Shown here: in pieces, positions 40,370 to 51,915 of the stretch
How the letters are laid out: each line of letters begins with the position of its first letter
Numbering within the stretch: the stretch's first letter is position 1
Assembly: GCA_009914755.4 (NCBI GenBank)
Contig: CP068257.2
Span: 43,648,001 to 43,712,000 of the forward strand
Length of the DNA: 64,000 bases
Reading direction: 5' to 3'
Source: the human T2T-CHM13v2.0 reference genome, Homo sapiens
Program-made: the position numbers and the translations under genes
The notes under the pieces: generated by a model
Database searches by the model: none
The model's input: the letters and a program-made list of their open reading frames with translations, nothing else
What the model was told of the DNA's origin: nothing

Positions 40370-40890
40370 AGGGGAGTGGGAGGGAGGTGAGGGGGTGGGG
40401 GTGGGAGGGAGGTGAGGGGGTGGGGATGGGAGGGAGGTGAGGGGGGTGAGAGGGAGGTGAGGGGGGTGGGGGTGAGAGGGAGGTGAGGGTGGGGGCAGGA
40501 GGGAGGTGAGGGGCGTGGTGGTGGGAGGGAGGTGAGGGGGGTGAGAGGGAGGTGAGAGGGTGGGGGCAGGAGGGAGGTGAGAGGGTGGGGGCAGGAGGGA
40601 GGTGAGGGGGGTGGGGGCGGGAGGGAGGTGAGGGGGTGGGGGTGGGAGGGAGGTGAGGGGATCAGTGTGGGAGGGAGGTGACAGGGTGGGAGGGAGGTGA
40701 GGGGGTGGGGGTGGGAGGGAGGTGAGGGGCGTGGTGGTGGGAGGGAGGTGAGGGGGGTGAGAGGGAGGTGAGAGGGTGGGGGCAGGAGGGAGGTGAGGGG
40801 GTGGGGGTGGGAGGGAGGTGAGAGGGTGGGGGCAGGAGGGAGGTGAGGGGGTGGGGGTGGGAGGGAGGTGAGGGGGTAGGGTGGGGTGAA
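40370..40890. repeat. G-rich VNTR, ~20 units of ~25 bp (gggagggaggtgagggggtgggggt, with variants).
   Basis: 'gggagggaggtgag' recurs every 24-39 bp. The 488-aa proline-rich pseudo-ORF 39880..41346(-) (PPSHPHPLTSLPPPP...) is its minus-strand translation. Confidence 0.95.
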
Positions 40891-42450
40891 GGATGTGGAG
40901 GGGTCTCCTGGGCTCTGGCCTGAGCTAGGAAGGGGCAGGGCTGGGTCAGGAAGCTGGGTCTGGGCGCTGTGGTGCATCCTGGGTGACTGTGGGACGCTGG
41001 AAGAGGAAGAGTTCCCGCATTTGCGTCTGGGTTGGGACTGTCTAGGCGAAAGCTCAGTGTGAATTGTCTGCTGTGTTCCCGGTGTCCAAGGCCCCCAGGG
41101 GCTGGGTGAGTCCCAAGAGGGATGTAGGCCGAGCAGAGTTGGGCACTGAACCCCCAGGCTCCCCTTGTTGACCACCCAGCCAGAAATTCCCAGGGCAGAA
41201 GGTGGGGTCTGCTCACCCATGGGGCAGGCGGTCTGGGGATGTCTGACGCCTGGGCCTCTGGCCAGCAGGATGTGGACAGAAGTGGCCGCTGGGTGGGGCT
41301 GAGTGCAGAGGGCAGTGCCCATCTGCAGCGTGGCTATGCGCCCCACAGAGTGTGGGCCTGAAGCGGGGAAAGGACCCCCCTCAACACCTCAGGCCGGCGG
41401 GTCCCATTCCAGCTGCCACCCGGACTCAGCCTGAGGCCTCCTCACCTGCACCAGCTTAACTCGGATCCCCAGCCACCACGGCACCATAGCGCCCGATTCC
41501 CATCCCGGTGCCCCTGCTTCGGGCTCACTCACATCCCAGAGAGTCGGTGCCAGCAGGGCAGGGGACAGATCACGTGGGGCTCCTGGGGGACGAACAGTCG
41601 TGGGAGGCAGGGCTGCAAGGAGCCTGTGCGGAGGGGCCTCGAGGCTGGGGTGCAGGGAAGACCCCAAGGAGGAACTGTGCGGGGAGGGGCGAGTGCCCTG
41701 CGGGTGGGGGACCCCTGCCCAGCGGGACAGCCCTGAGAAGCTGGGGCCCAGCGTGGCAGGCAGGCACATCCTTCCCACCCCAGCTTCCCCCATCGCCCAC
41801 GACACCCGTCCACACCTGTGGCCCAGCCACCTACACCCCGGCAAGTCCCACCGGCCTGTTCCACTGGGAAAACCCGCACACCCCCTTATCTGCAGGACAC
41901 TGGCGCCCAAGCTTGTGGGAGGCCTGAGCCGTGGGCAGAGTGGGGGAGGGAGGGAGCCACTGGTTCCCGGGAGAGCTTCCTCTCCCCAACCCCCACAACA
42001 GGTGGCAATACCTGATCCCCAGGAGAAGGTGCTTCCTTCTGCTACCCGGCCTCACTTTCCCACCCTGGGATTCCCGAGCAGCCTCAGTGAGCAGCAGACT
42101 CCAGGCTGGGTCCCCATGAAGCGGGGGACTGCTATGCCTGCAGCCCAGGAGCAAGGTGCACGGTGCACCCGGGGGTGTCTCCAACCTGGTTCTACCTGGC
42201 TCCACGGGCAACGGTCCCAGTGGGCTGTGGTCCCTCCACGAGCTGTGGTTCTGTGGGCTGTGGTTTCGTGGGCTGTGGTCCCTGTGGGCTGTGCTGTGGC
42301 TCTCATCTGCCCCCCAAGGGGCCTGGCTGGACCTCTGTCTCCTCTGACGCTGCACTTGTCTGTGTCTCGGCCTTGGCTGCCGCTCCCCTGCCATGCGGGC
42401 TCGTCCCACACGGCCCCTGCCTTGAAGACATCTTCACATGGAGTTGGCAA

Positions 42451-42572
42451 AGCCCCGGGAGGCTCTGGGCCCTTGTATCGGGGTTGGGGGCGTTAACCAG
42501 CCCCCCGGGAGGCTCTGGGCCCTTGTATCAGGGTTGGGGGGTTAACCAGCCCCCTGGGAGGCTCTGGGCCCA
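42451..42572. repeat. ~47-bp tandem repeat x2.6 (ccccgggaggctctgggcccttgtatcggggttgggggcgttaaccag).
   Basis: Three near-identical copies, starting at 42454, 42503 and 42551. Confidence 0.9.
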
Positions 42573-44727
42573 CTCTGTTTCTAACTGAGTCAGAGCCAAG
42601 ATTAGAAAAGGCTGAAACCACCCCCTACAACCCAGGGCCCTGGCGCCTTTGCCAGCTGTTTCTAATCAGTCCGTGGTGTCAACCACATGGTGTTGCCCCA
42701 GGATCCCCGAAGCCAAGTCAGCCTTCACTGTGGAGGAGCAGGGCGGCCTTGAAAGGAGCTCTGTCCTCCATGGGGCCTCGGCCAGGAAGGCACAAAGGGG
42801 CTTTGTCCCCAGCCCAAGCCTGGAAGACCCTCCTCCAGCTGTGGCCCTCGGGACTGTCTGGCCGGCTCGTCCTTGGGGGTTGCATCTCCCCAGGCTGCAG
42901 CATGGGCCCCAGTCAGCCGCTGAGGTGCAGAGGATGAGAAATTCCACAGAAAAGCATGTACGGACACCTTGGGGAAGCTTCCGGAAGAATGCATGCAGGA
43001 GGCTAGCCACATGCCCAGGGTGGGACTCGGGTCCAGTTCCCTGCTCCTGCCCCCACAGCATCCTCAAAGCACTGAAACATGAGCGCATGGGCCGTGGGGA
43101 CGCACTGTCGGAGGTCACTGCCTGACCCGGTGCCCAGTGTCTGCCCTGGCCCGTACGGTCCCATCGATCTGCCCCAGACGTGCTGCAGCCGTGTGTTCAG
43201 GGCCCCAGGTCCCCCTAACTCCCGGGCTTGGCTTCCCCCGATACCACCCACGCTGGTCATCTCTTAGTCACCCTGACAATGGCCACTGCTCACAGGACAG
43301 TCCCACGCTCTGTGGCTGGGTGTGGAGGCCCCCACTGGCCCTTCCTGATACCTCTGCCCCCTCTTTTCTCCTCTCTCCCTCCTGTCCCACCCCTGGCTGC
43401 AGTTGACTCTAACATTTCACTGGCATTCACCCCGGCACAGCTCACAGGCTGCATTGCTACCTCTGGGCTTTGCTGCCTGGTGAGGTGTGGGCATCCTTCA
43501 AAGCCCAGTTCCCCAATCACCTCTTCCGGGAAGCCTCCCCTGACTGCCTGGGTGGCAATGACTCCTCCCCTTCTGTGTGCAATGGAAACAGGTGGCCTGA
43601 GGAGTCAAACGGTGCAAACCCTGCCCCACTCTGTTTGGGAAGCACCTGCTGTGTGGCAGGCGCTGCGCTTGGTGCTGGGGATAGACCATGGGGAAGAAAC
43701 ACACAGAACCTGCCCTGCTCTCAAGGAACAGGCCCTGGGGGCGGCCGGGGGCAGAGACCCAAGGCAGACACCCACACAGTGGCGTAATGACAGTGCTTAT
43801 GGTGGGGACCTGGCTGCACAGCAGGTCAGCAAGGGGATGTTCAGGTGACACTGGGGGCACGGAGACCCAGGGGAGAGTGGATTGACAGAGGGGACGCTGG
43901 GCAAATGTCCCGAGGCTGAGGTGGAGTTGCGGGAAGGAGGAGGCTGCCGGGCAGAGGCGCAGAGAGCTTTGCAGGTGTTGGCAGAGACCAGCAGGCCCTG
44001 CGAGGCCTGGGGTGTGTCCTCAGCTGGGAGGGCCATAGAAGGATCTGGGCTTGCAGATGCTGGTGCAGACTGGAGGCCTGGGGTGTGAGAGTCCAGGCGG
44101 GGCTCCTGCCAACACCCAGGGGAGTGGGCCTGGGCCAGGTGGACCGGGAGCTGGCACGGTGGTCAGGTGCTTGGAGGCTGCGTGCCACGCTGGGGACCTG
44201 GAGGTGTGTGAGGAGGTGTCTGTTGCTCCTGGGGCTGCCGCCTGCAGGGCTGGGTGTGCAGCAGTGCGGGGCAATGAAGTGGGCGGGTTCTGGGATGGTG
44301 GACGTTCCCTTTGTTGGGAACGTGTTGGTGCCAAGCTGCCATTTGAGTTTGGCTCTGAGGGGTCTGGGCAGGGGACACACAGGGAATCACACAGGATGGA
44401 GTGAGTTCCCAGGGACCCAGGGTGGCTTGGCCTGAGAACAGCTCCCACTCCCAGATGTGTGGGAAGCCCTCGGCACCAAGCCTCAGCCTCTCCATCTGTG
44501 AAATGGAGACAACGTCACTGGACTTGCAGGCTGTCCATGAGGGTGATGCGATCAGAAAGGGTGGAGTTCCTGAACGCCCCGGGGTCGGGGTCTCACAGCA
44601 GGAGCTTAGCTGGTGTCGGCATCTCCTGGACCCGTCCTCAGCTCCGAGCGCCCAGTCCTGCCACCTGTGTCCAAGTCTGCACTGTGCCCACGAGGCCCTC
44701 AAGGCCGCAGACAGCCCCACACTTCTC

Positions 44728-44868
44728 GGACGCCGCCCCAGCACGGTCCTTGTGTGAGGTGGACACTCCTTCTGGACGCCGCCCCAGCACGGTCCTTGTG
44801 TGAGGTGGACACTCCTTCTGGACGCCGCCCCAGTACGGTCCTTGTGTGAGGTGGACACTCCTTCTAGG
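44728..44868. repeat. ~46-bp tandem repeat x3 (gacgccgccccagcacggtccttgtgtgaggtggacactccttctg).
   Basis: Three copies. The track ORFs 44401..44757, 44459..44803 and 44613..44849 all end ...RRPSTVLV because of it. Confidence 0.9.
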
Positions 44869-47004
44869 GAAGGAGTAGTAACTCTTGGGTGGTCGGGTAG
44901 TTGCCATGGAAAGGGGCAGTAATGCCCAGGTATTGCCGTGGCAACCGTAAACTGACATGGCGCACTGGAGGGCGTGCCTCATGGAAAGCTACCTGTGCCC
45001 CTGCCCTGTGTTAGCTAGGCCTCAATGTGGTCCAGTATCTGAGCCCCGCCTCCTGCCTCAGATGTTCCCGTCTGTCACCCCATTACCAGGGCGGCACTTC
45101 GGGTCCTTTCCAGCCATCATTGTCCTGGCATTGCCACAGTGGACACTGCCACACAGGCTTGTGTGCTTGCGCGTACCCAGGTCCTCACCTCTCTGGGATA
45201 AACCAGGCACGTGGCGGCCGCCCCATTTTCCACCGGCCAGCGGTGGAGGAGTTGCCCAGCCTTGCAGGAAAACAGCTCTCATGCCAGCAGCGGAGCATCC
45301 TATTCAAGTTTTCTCAGGGCTGCCAGCACAAATGCTGCATGCCGGGCGGCTTCCTCAGCAGACCGTTGTTTCTCTGCGTCCTGGAGGCTGGACGTCCCAG
45401 GTCCCCGTGTGGCAGGCCCGGTTCCTCCCGCAGCCTCTCCTTGGCTTGTGGGCGGCGTCTCCTCCCTGGGTCCTCGCAGGGCCACCCCTCCGTGTGTCTG
45501 TGTCCTCCCTCCCCTTATAAGGACCCCAGGCAGACTGGATCAGGGCCTGCCCTAAGGACTGAATTTTACCTTAATCACCTCTTTAAAAGCTGTCTCCAAA
45601 TACAGTCACCTTCTGGGGTCCTGGCTGTTAGGGCTTTGATGCATGGATTTGGGGGACACCGCTCAGCCCCTAACAGCCCCCATCCTCTGCCTGCCTTTAC
45701 CATGGGGCTGAGCCCAGCCCTGCAGGAGTCCCCTGGTTTGATGTCTGCTGTGGCCACGGCGACCCTCAGGCTGCTCCAGCCGCACTTGTGCTTGTCTCTG
45801 CCTGGCCCTGGGGCTTCACCTCCTGAGGGGGTGGAGAGAGAGAGACCTGTCCCTCCCAGCTCTCCTGGCCTTGCCCACTGCAGAGCCCAGAGGGACATCC
45901 TCCACCGTGGGCCTGGGCTCAGGTGTGCTCCGCGTTCTCCGGCCCCTCCTCCAGGTGCGCTGCTCACAGCACACGTCTCCACGTCCTGGCATCCCGGGCC
46001 TCCCTGGGCTCCGTGGCCCCGGAGGGTGCCCCTCCCTCAGCCAGTACTGTGGGAAGAGCCCGGTCCCTCTGGGGCCAGATGAGCAGGGCAGAGTGAGCAG
46101 GTCCCCCTTTGGTGGAGATTCACGATCTCCACCCCGCCCAGCAGCCATCCCAGGCCGCAGTCTGCTGACTATCCCCAGCTCACACTTCTCACCAGCTGAC
46201 ACGGTGATCTGGCCGGGCACCTGCCCAGGGTCCCACCCGCAGAGGAACCCGCCTCTTCCAGGTTGGTTCCGGGCTCCTGGACGGATCACGCGCTGTTGAC
46301 ATGCAGTTGTAGCTTTTTTCTTGTGGGTGGGAGCAATGCTCTTCCCAGCTCCACCTGGAATTCCACCAGGGATGGGTGCAGCATCCTAACCCCGCCTTCC
46401 CTTGGAGAATTCACTGCTCTGGACAGACGCCTGGCCCAGGATTTCAAAGGCGCATCTGTTATGGACCGGGCCCCCAGAGGAGACGTCTTTTTGCCATTTT
46501 GTTTTCTGACCGGAGGGTTTTTTGGAGGTTGCCCTCCCACCCACCGGGTTGCTGGCAGCCCAGCCCGTGCTGTTTTCAGTGGACCCTTTTGCAAATGTCT
46601 TCACAGGCTCCCGGGAAGCTGAGCTGAACAGTGACCTCAGCCTTGAGCAATCCCGAGGATGTGTTTGCTGAGGAAATCATTAAACAGGGAGATGAGAGCA
46701 CTCAACCCCCCACATGCCAGGCTCTGCGGGAGGCTGCTTATTCCTGTGGCCTCGGGCCAGGTGCCCCAGCATTTGCTGCCCTTGGTAGACACTTGTCTGG
46801 CCTGAGCCCTCGGGCACCATACACCGACATGGTTAGGGCAGCCAGGGTCAGCCCGGGCCCCTGGGAGAGCTGAGTGGAGGGACCACTGGCCAAGCACAGA
46901 GGGTGCAGGGTGCCCAGGACCAGGCGTCACCTGATGGTCACCTGGGGGAACCTGCTCACTCCGCCCTGCTGCCCTGCTCACTGCTCGGGGGCCCAGCCAG
47001 GCCG

Positions 47005-47136
47005 GGGACCAGGGCCTCAGAGTGGAGGGGGGTCAGGGCCCAGGGCCTCAGGGTGGAGGATGGTCAGGACTCAGGGCCTCAGGGTGGAGGCAGTCAGGAC
47101 TCAGGGCCTGAGGATGGAGGGGGTCAGGCCTCAGGG
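47005..47136. repeat. 31-bp tandem repeat x~4 (agggcctcagggtggaggnngtcaggactc).
   Basis: 'agggcctcag' recurs at 47011, 47042, 47073 and 47104. Confidence 0.9.
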
Positions 47137-48342
47137 CACTGGACAGCTGACTGGCTTCTTCCCAACCCTTTTCCTTCTTTTCGCCCAACATAACCACTGG
47201 GAGGTATCCACAGAAGGGGGCTCCTCAAACACTGCCTGGTGTCCTCTGTCTCAGCCCCAGGGGAAAGGACTCGCACGGGGCGGAGTGGGAACTTTGGGTG
47301 AAACTGGGCAGGGGGTGCTGGCCAAGGCGGGGGAGAGGGTGGACTCCCATCAGGTCAGGAGCTCCGAGGTGAGGCCTCTGCTAGGGTGGAGGGTCTCAAG
47401 ATGGGGAGGGAGGGGTTGTGGGAAAGGGGAGGGGAGGTGGAGCCGCTCCAGGAGCCTCACGGGCCTTCGGGATGGAGCCGCTGGGCGTTGGCGAGAGGCT
47501 TCCGTCCACGGCACAGCCCCGCACGGGGGCAGAGGACGGGAAGGGACCCAGGGCAGCCCCGAACCACCTCAGACTTTTGGAAAATGAACTGGAAAGAAAC
47601 AAGACTTCTTTTGAAAAGAAGAATGTCCTTTTTTATTTTGACTTTTTGTCATCGATATTTTTTGCGTTACTCCTGGTTTTAAAAAGAATTGCATTAAAAT
47701 ACCGCTTTTCTGATGAGTGAGTTTTTGGAACACCCCCCTGCTCCCTGCTTTAATTTTGCCCTGGAGAGGAGCACCTCATTCTACTCTGGGCTGTGCATCT
47801 TTGGAAGGAATGCTGAGACCCCCGGTTCCCACTGTCCCCGTGGGCCATACCCCGTGAGCCAGCGGGACCAGCTCCGAAGGCAGAAGGTCAGCCCGGGGTC
47901 AGCTTCAGCCTTGGCGGGGGCAGCCGCTCAGCAGAGGGTGGCCCAGGGAGGCCAGGCTGGCTAAGGGCAGGGCCAGGACCACCCAGAATGGGAGGCCCAC
48001 AGCCCACCAAGGGGTTGCCCCGTGGGAAGACATGGGGAATGGGTCTGGCCCTCTCAGCACGCTGTGGAGTGTGGCAGAGGGCGGGGGTCGTGTCCTGGAA
48101 GGAGGAGGCTGAGCCTCCAGAGAGCAGCGTCGGGCTGGAAGATTAGGGGAATGCTGTGTGTACAAGGCCCAGCCATGACAAGCAGTGACTGTGGTTTTAG
48201 CCAAGAGTGGGCAGTGAGGGAGGGGACACACGTGGCGGATAGGGTGGGGAGTGGCCCCCACAGGACATCAGGAGGGACCTAAGTGAAGGAGGAAGCGCTG
48301 GCAGGCCAGGCACCCACCCTCGGGGGCCAACTATCCAGAGAG

Positions 48343-48537
48343 GGGCAGGGGGAGGGCAGGGGGAGGGGGCTGAGAGCGGGCAGAGGGAGGGCTGGAGCAG
48401 GGGCTGAGAGCAGGCATGGGGAGGGCAGGGGGAAGGGGCTGAGAGCAGGCAGGGGGAAGGGGCTGAGAGTGGGCAGGGGCTGAGAGCGGGCAGGGGCTGA
48501 GAGCGGGCAGGGGGAGGGCCGGGGCAGGGGCTGCTGC
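48343..48537. repeat. G-rich tandem repeat (ggggctgagagcgggcag, with longer gggcagggggagggg variants), ~8-10 units.
   Basis: Directly visible. The track ORF 48283..48483(+) reads GEGRGRGLRAGRG... periodically. Confidence 0.9.
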
Positions 48538-48704
48538 CTCCTGGAAACGTTTCATGTTGTCCTTGCACTATTTACAGTGAGGATTATTTATAAAACCCAA
48601 ATCGCTTTAAAGCCATTTCCAGGTTTTACATGAACAAAAATCTATTTGAAAAAAGAAAATAATAAAATAAACATTTAAAAATCTTTCTTAGAATTCCCTA
48701 AATT

Positions 48705-49235
48705 TCAGGGCCGTGTGTGTGCCCATGTGTGGTATTTGTGTGTGTGCGTCTGTGCATCTGTGTCAGTGTGTCTGTGTCTGTGAGTCTGTGTGTCTGTATC
48801 TGTGTGTCGGTGCATCTCTGTGTCTGTGTGTGTCTGTGTCTGTGTGCCTGTGTGTGTGTCTGTCACTGTGTGTGTGTCTGTGTGTCTGTGCATCTGTGTG
48901 TCTGTGTGTGTCAGTGTGTCTGTGTGTGTGTCTCAGTGTGTCTGTATCTGTGTGTTGGTGCATCTGTGTGTCTGTGTCTGTGTCTGTGTGCTTGGGTGTC
49001 TGTCACTGTGCGTCCGTGTGTCTGTGCATCCGTGTGTCTCTGCATATGTGTGTGTGTGTCAGTGTGTCTGTATCTGTGTGTTGGTGCATCTCTATGTCTG
49101 TGTATGTGTGTCAATGTGTCTGTGTGCTTGTGTGTCTGTCACTGTGTCTGTGCATCCATGTGTCTGTGCGTCTGTGTGTCTGTGCATCCGTGTGTCTGTG
49201 CATATATGTCTGTGTACGCACACAGCTGATCCTCT
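48705..49235. repeat. ~530 bp GT-rich cryptic minisatellite (tgtgtctgtg / tgtgcatctgtg units).
   Basis: Continuous (TGTGTCTG)-like periodicity. The multi-frame Cys/Val-rich and His/Thr-rich pseudo-ORFs 48713..49237(+), 48717..49229(+), 48790..49320(+) and the minus-strand set come from it. Confidence 0.9.
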
Positions 49236-51399
49236 GACACCGAGGAGGAGACACAGTGGGGATTCTGGGTCTGGCAGGCTCTCTCCTCTGCATCTCTCAA
49301 GCCTCCCACAACCCCCTTAGTGTCCACCCATGCTGTAAGAGGAGACCATCTGGAGTCCCAGGTGTTTTAGAGACTGGAAACCAGCCCACGGGGCCCCTGG
49401 AGGAACAAAAACCAGCTCCCAGCCAGCGCATGCACACCTGAGACACGCCCTCAGCCACTGGCTTCTGCCACTGCTTTACTGGGTCAGCCATGAGTGGGGC
49501 TGAGGAGCCCGCCCTCCCATCAACGTGTTGCTACCTGGAGAGCATTGACAGACTTGGGCCATTCCTCTCCGTGGCGGGTGCCCCTGTCTTCCTGTCTACA
49601 TGAGTCCAGGGGCCCTGTGGTGCATGGGAACAGCCAGGAGGGGTGGCTCAGCAGGACTAAGATGAGAGACTATCATGAGACCCGGGCACATTCTCACCAA
49701 CAGCGGGTTCCTTTCCGTCCCCGCATCTTCCCTCACCAGCAAGCCCCTGTGCAGATCCCAGACTCCACAAAGGCCCATCAGTCATCACTGTCCACATGTG
49801 CATCCGATGTGTAGGGTGGCGGCGGGGATGAGGCTCAGACAGACAAGACACCCCAGGGTCAGCCAGGCCGGCCTGTCCCACTTGAGCTGGGCTGAGACAC
49901 CAATGTCACCCCTCTTGAAGCCCCCAAAGCTTGCTCTCTGGCCGACAGCTGGCTTTTGAGCCAGAAGGCTGGTGACCCTGTTAGGATCTGGCAGACCCGC
50001 CAGGGTGGCTCCCAACTCACCCACTTCCCGCCCTGAGGTCCTCTCCTCCCTCCCCACCCTCTGGCTACATGGACTCTCCATCCTGGAACACCGGGCATGA
50101 CCTGACTCGCCTTTGCCTCGCCGTTCCCTCTGCCTGCGATGCTGTTTCCCCGACCACACAGGCCTCCCTGGCTCCTGGCCTCCTCCAGTCTTTTCTCAGG
50201 GTCTTCTCCGTGAGGCCCCTCTGACAACCCCGTTCACATTCCTAACCAGCACCCAGCAGCCTGTCTCATTGTCTCTTACTGGAATGTGTGTTTGCACGGC
50301 AGGGATTTTCCCCCTGCTGTGTGGTGATGGATCCCCAGCGTCTGGAACTGCTTCCAATGCGAAGGAGCTCGGAAGCCTTCAGTGTGGGGATGAGTGAGTG
50401 AGGCAGGCGGCTGCCGGTGCGGGGAAGACAGTTAGGGTTGTTCTTACATGATAGTTTTTAAAGATGCCATCTTTTCAACCAAGAAATTCTACTTCTAGGC
50501 CCCTGCCCTGGAGAAACAATGAACTGGTGGGGAAGAGTTTCATCATTTCAAATGCTCGGCCATGGTTTCTGTGACCTGTGGGTCTGGTTCCTCCATGGAT
50601 GGAGCAGATGTCAGCGGCCTTTGACTGGAGAAGGTCGTGGGTCTTGCAGGCTTCAAAAGCTTCTTCGTTTATGTTGTGCCAAGAAAGCTATGGCTGGGAA
50701 CGGTTCCCTCCCTCAGTGTCTGCTTGTGGCAGCTCCCGGGCGTTTCTGGGCTGCCTCACCCCGCACTGCACTGGCCTCAGAGCCAGGCCTTCATCTGACC
50801 AAGTCCCCACCTCCTGCTGTCTTCACTAGTGCTGTTCTTTATCTGTCTTTGGGTTCCTTTTAGTATTTTCCCCTAAATTTTCAAATGATGTGTCTGGTTG
50901 GTTGAATGTGAACCTTTCTTGATTACTAGGTAAATGCATCTGGTCTTCCTGGTGTGGCCGAGTCCCACAGGTGCAGTGTGGGGCACCCACGTGCCTTCCC
51001 TGGAGTGAGGAGTCCGAGCTCTCCTCTCCGTCTCTGCTCATGATGGGGGCCATGCTCCCCCGTGCCCTTCCCAGCAAAGATGGGGCCTCCAGGGCTCCAC
51101 TCCCACTCCCGAGCCCCTTCAGTGTGGACACATCTCACTGTTACCCTGGTATCCGTTCACAGTCACTGAGACTTGGCCAGCAGCTTTGCTGCCTTTGTGT
51201 TGGTTTTTGTCAACACTCTGTTCTGTGTCCCATGCCAGCCGAGAGGCCTGTGGGGGTGGCTAGTGGGGGGAAGCTTGGCCTGCAGGTGAAGGCAGGGCTG
51301 GGGGCCCTTCTGGGCCATGGTGCCAGCCTGTCACCTTCGTGTTTTCTGCCATCAGGTGTCAGGGTCCCACTGGGCCTTCAGCTGCCTGTGCTACCTGGG

Positions 51400-51915
51400 C
51401 ATGTGCCCCCTCCCCAAATATGTGCCCCTCCCCAGACCTGTGCCCCCTCCCCAGATCTGTGCCCCTCCCCACACCTGTGCCCCCTCCCCGGATCTGTGCC
51501 CCCTCCCCGGACCTGTGCCCCCTCCCCAGACCTGTGCCCCCTCCCCGGACCTGTGCCCCCTCCCCAGACCTGTGCCCCCTCCCAGGCCTGTGCCCCCTCC
51601 CGGGCCTGTGCCCCCTCCCTGGATCTGTGCCCCCTCGCCGGGCCAGTGCCCTCTCCCTGGACCTGTGCCCCCTCCCCAGGCCTGTGCCCCCTCCCTGGAT
51701 CTGTGCCCCTCCCCGGACCTGTGCCCCCTCCCTGGATCTGTGCCCCCTCGCTGGGCCAGTGCCCTCTCCCTGGACCTGTGCCCCCTCCCCAGGCCTGTGC
51801 CCCCTCCCCGGACCTGTGCCCCCTCCCAGACCTGTGCCCCCTCCCCAGACCTGTGCCCCCTCCCCAGACCTGTGCCCCCTCCCCAGGCCTGTGCCCCCTC
51901 TCTGGGCCTGTGTTT
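51400..51915. repeat. 19-bp VNTR, ~27 copies (agacctgtgccccctcccc, with variants ggacc / ggatc / ggcc).
   Basis: Strict 19-bp periodicity. The 351-aa pseudo-ORF 50971..52026(+) (...PSPDLCPLPGPVPPPQTCA... with a 19-aa period) and three minus-strand Gly/Arg-rich ORFs are its translations. Confidence 0.95.

Noticed and set aside
39880-41346. 488-aa minus-strand ORF (PPSHPHPLTSLPPPP...).
   Set aside because: It is the translation of the G-rich VNTR at 40370-40890 read as CCN codons. The sequence is a low-complexity periodic artefact.
41600-46100. Several 200-350-aa ORFs in GC-rich unique DNA (e.g. 41600..42496 +, 45027..46082 +, 44163..44858 -).
   Set aside because: Their composition is Pro/Gly/Arg/Ser-rich with no domain-like segments. 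They overlap one another on opposite strands and sit in ~65% GC sequence where long open frames are expected by chance. They were not promoted beyond the single longest example, which is listed as a low-interest check.
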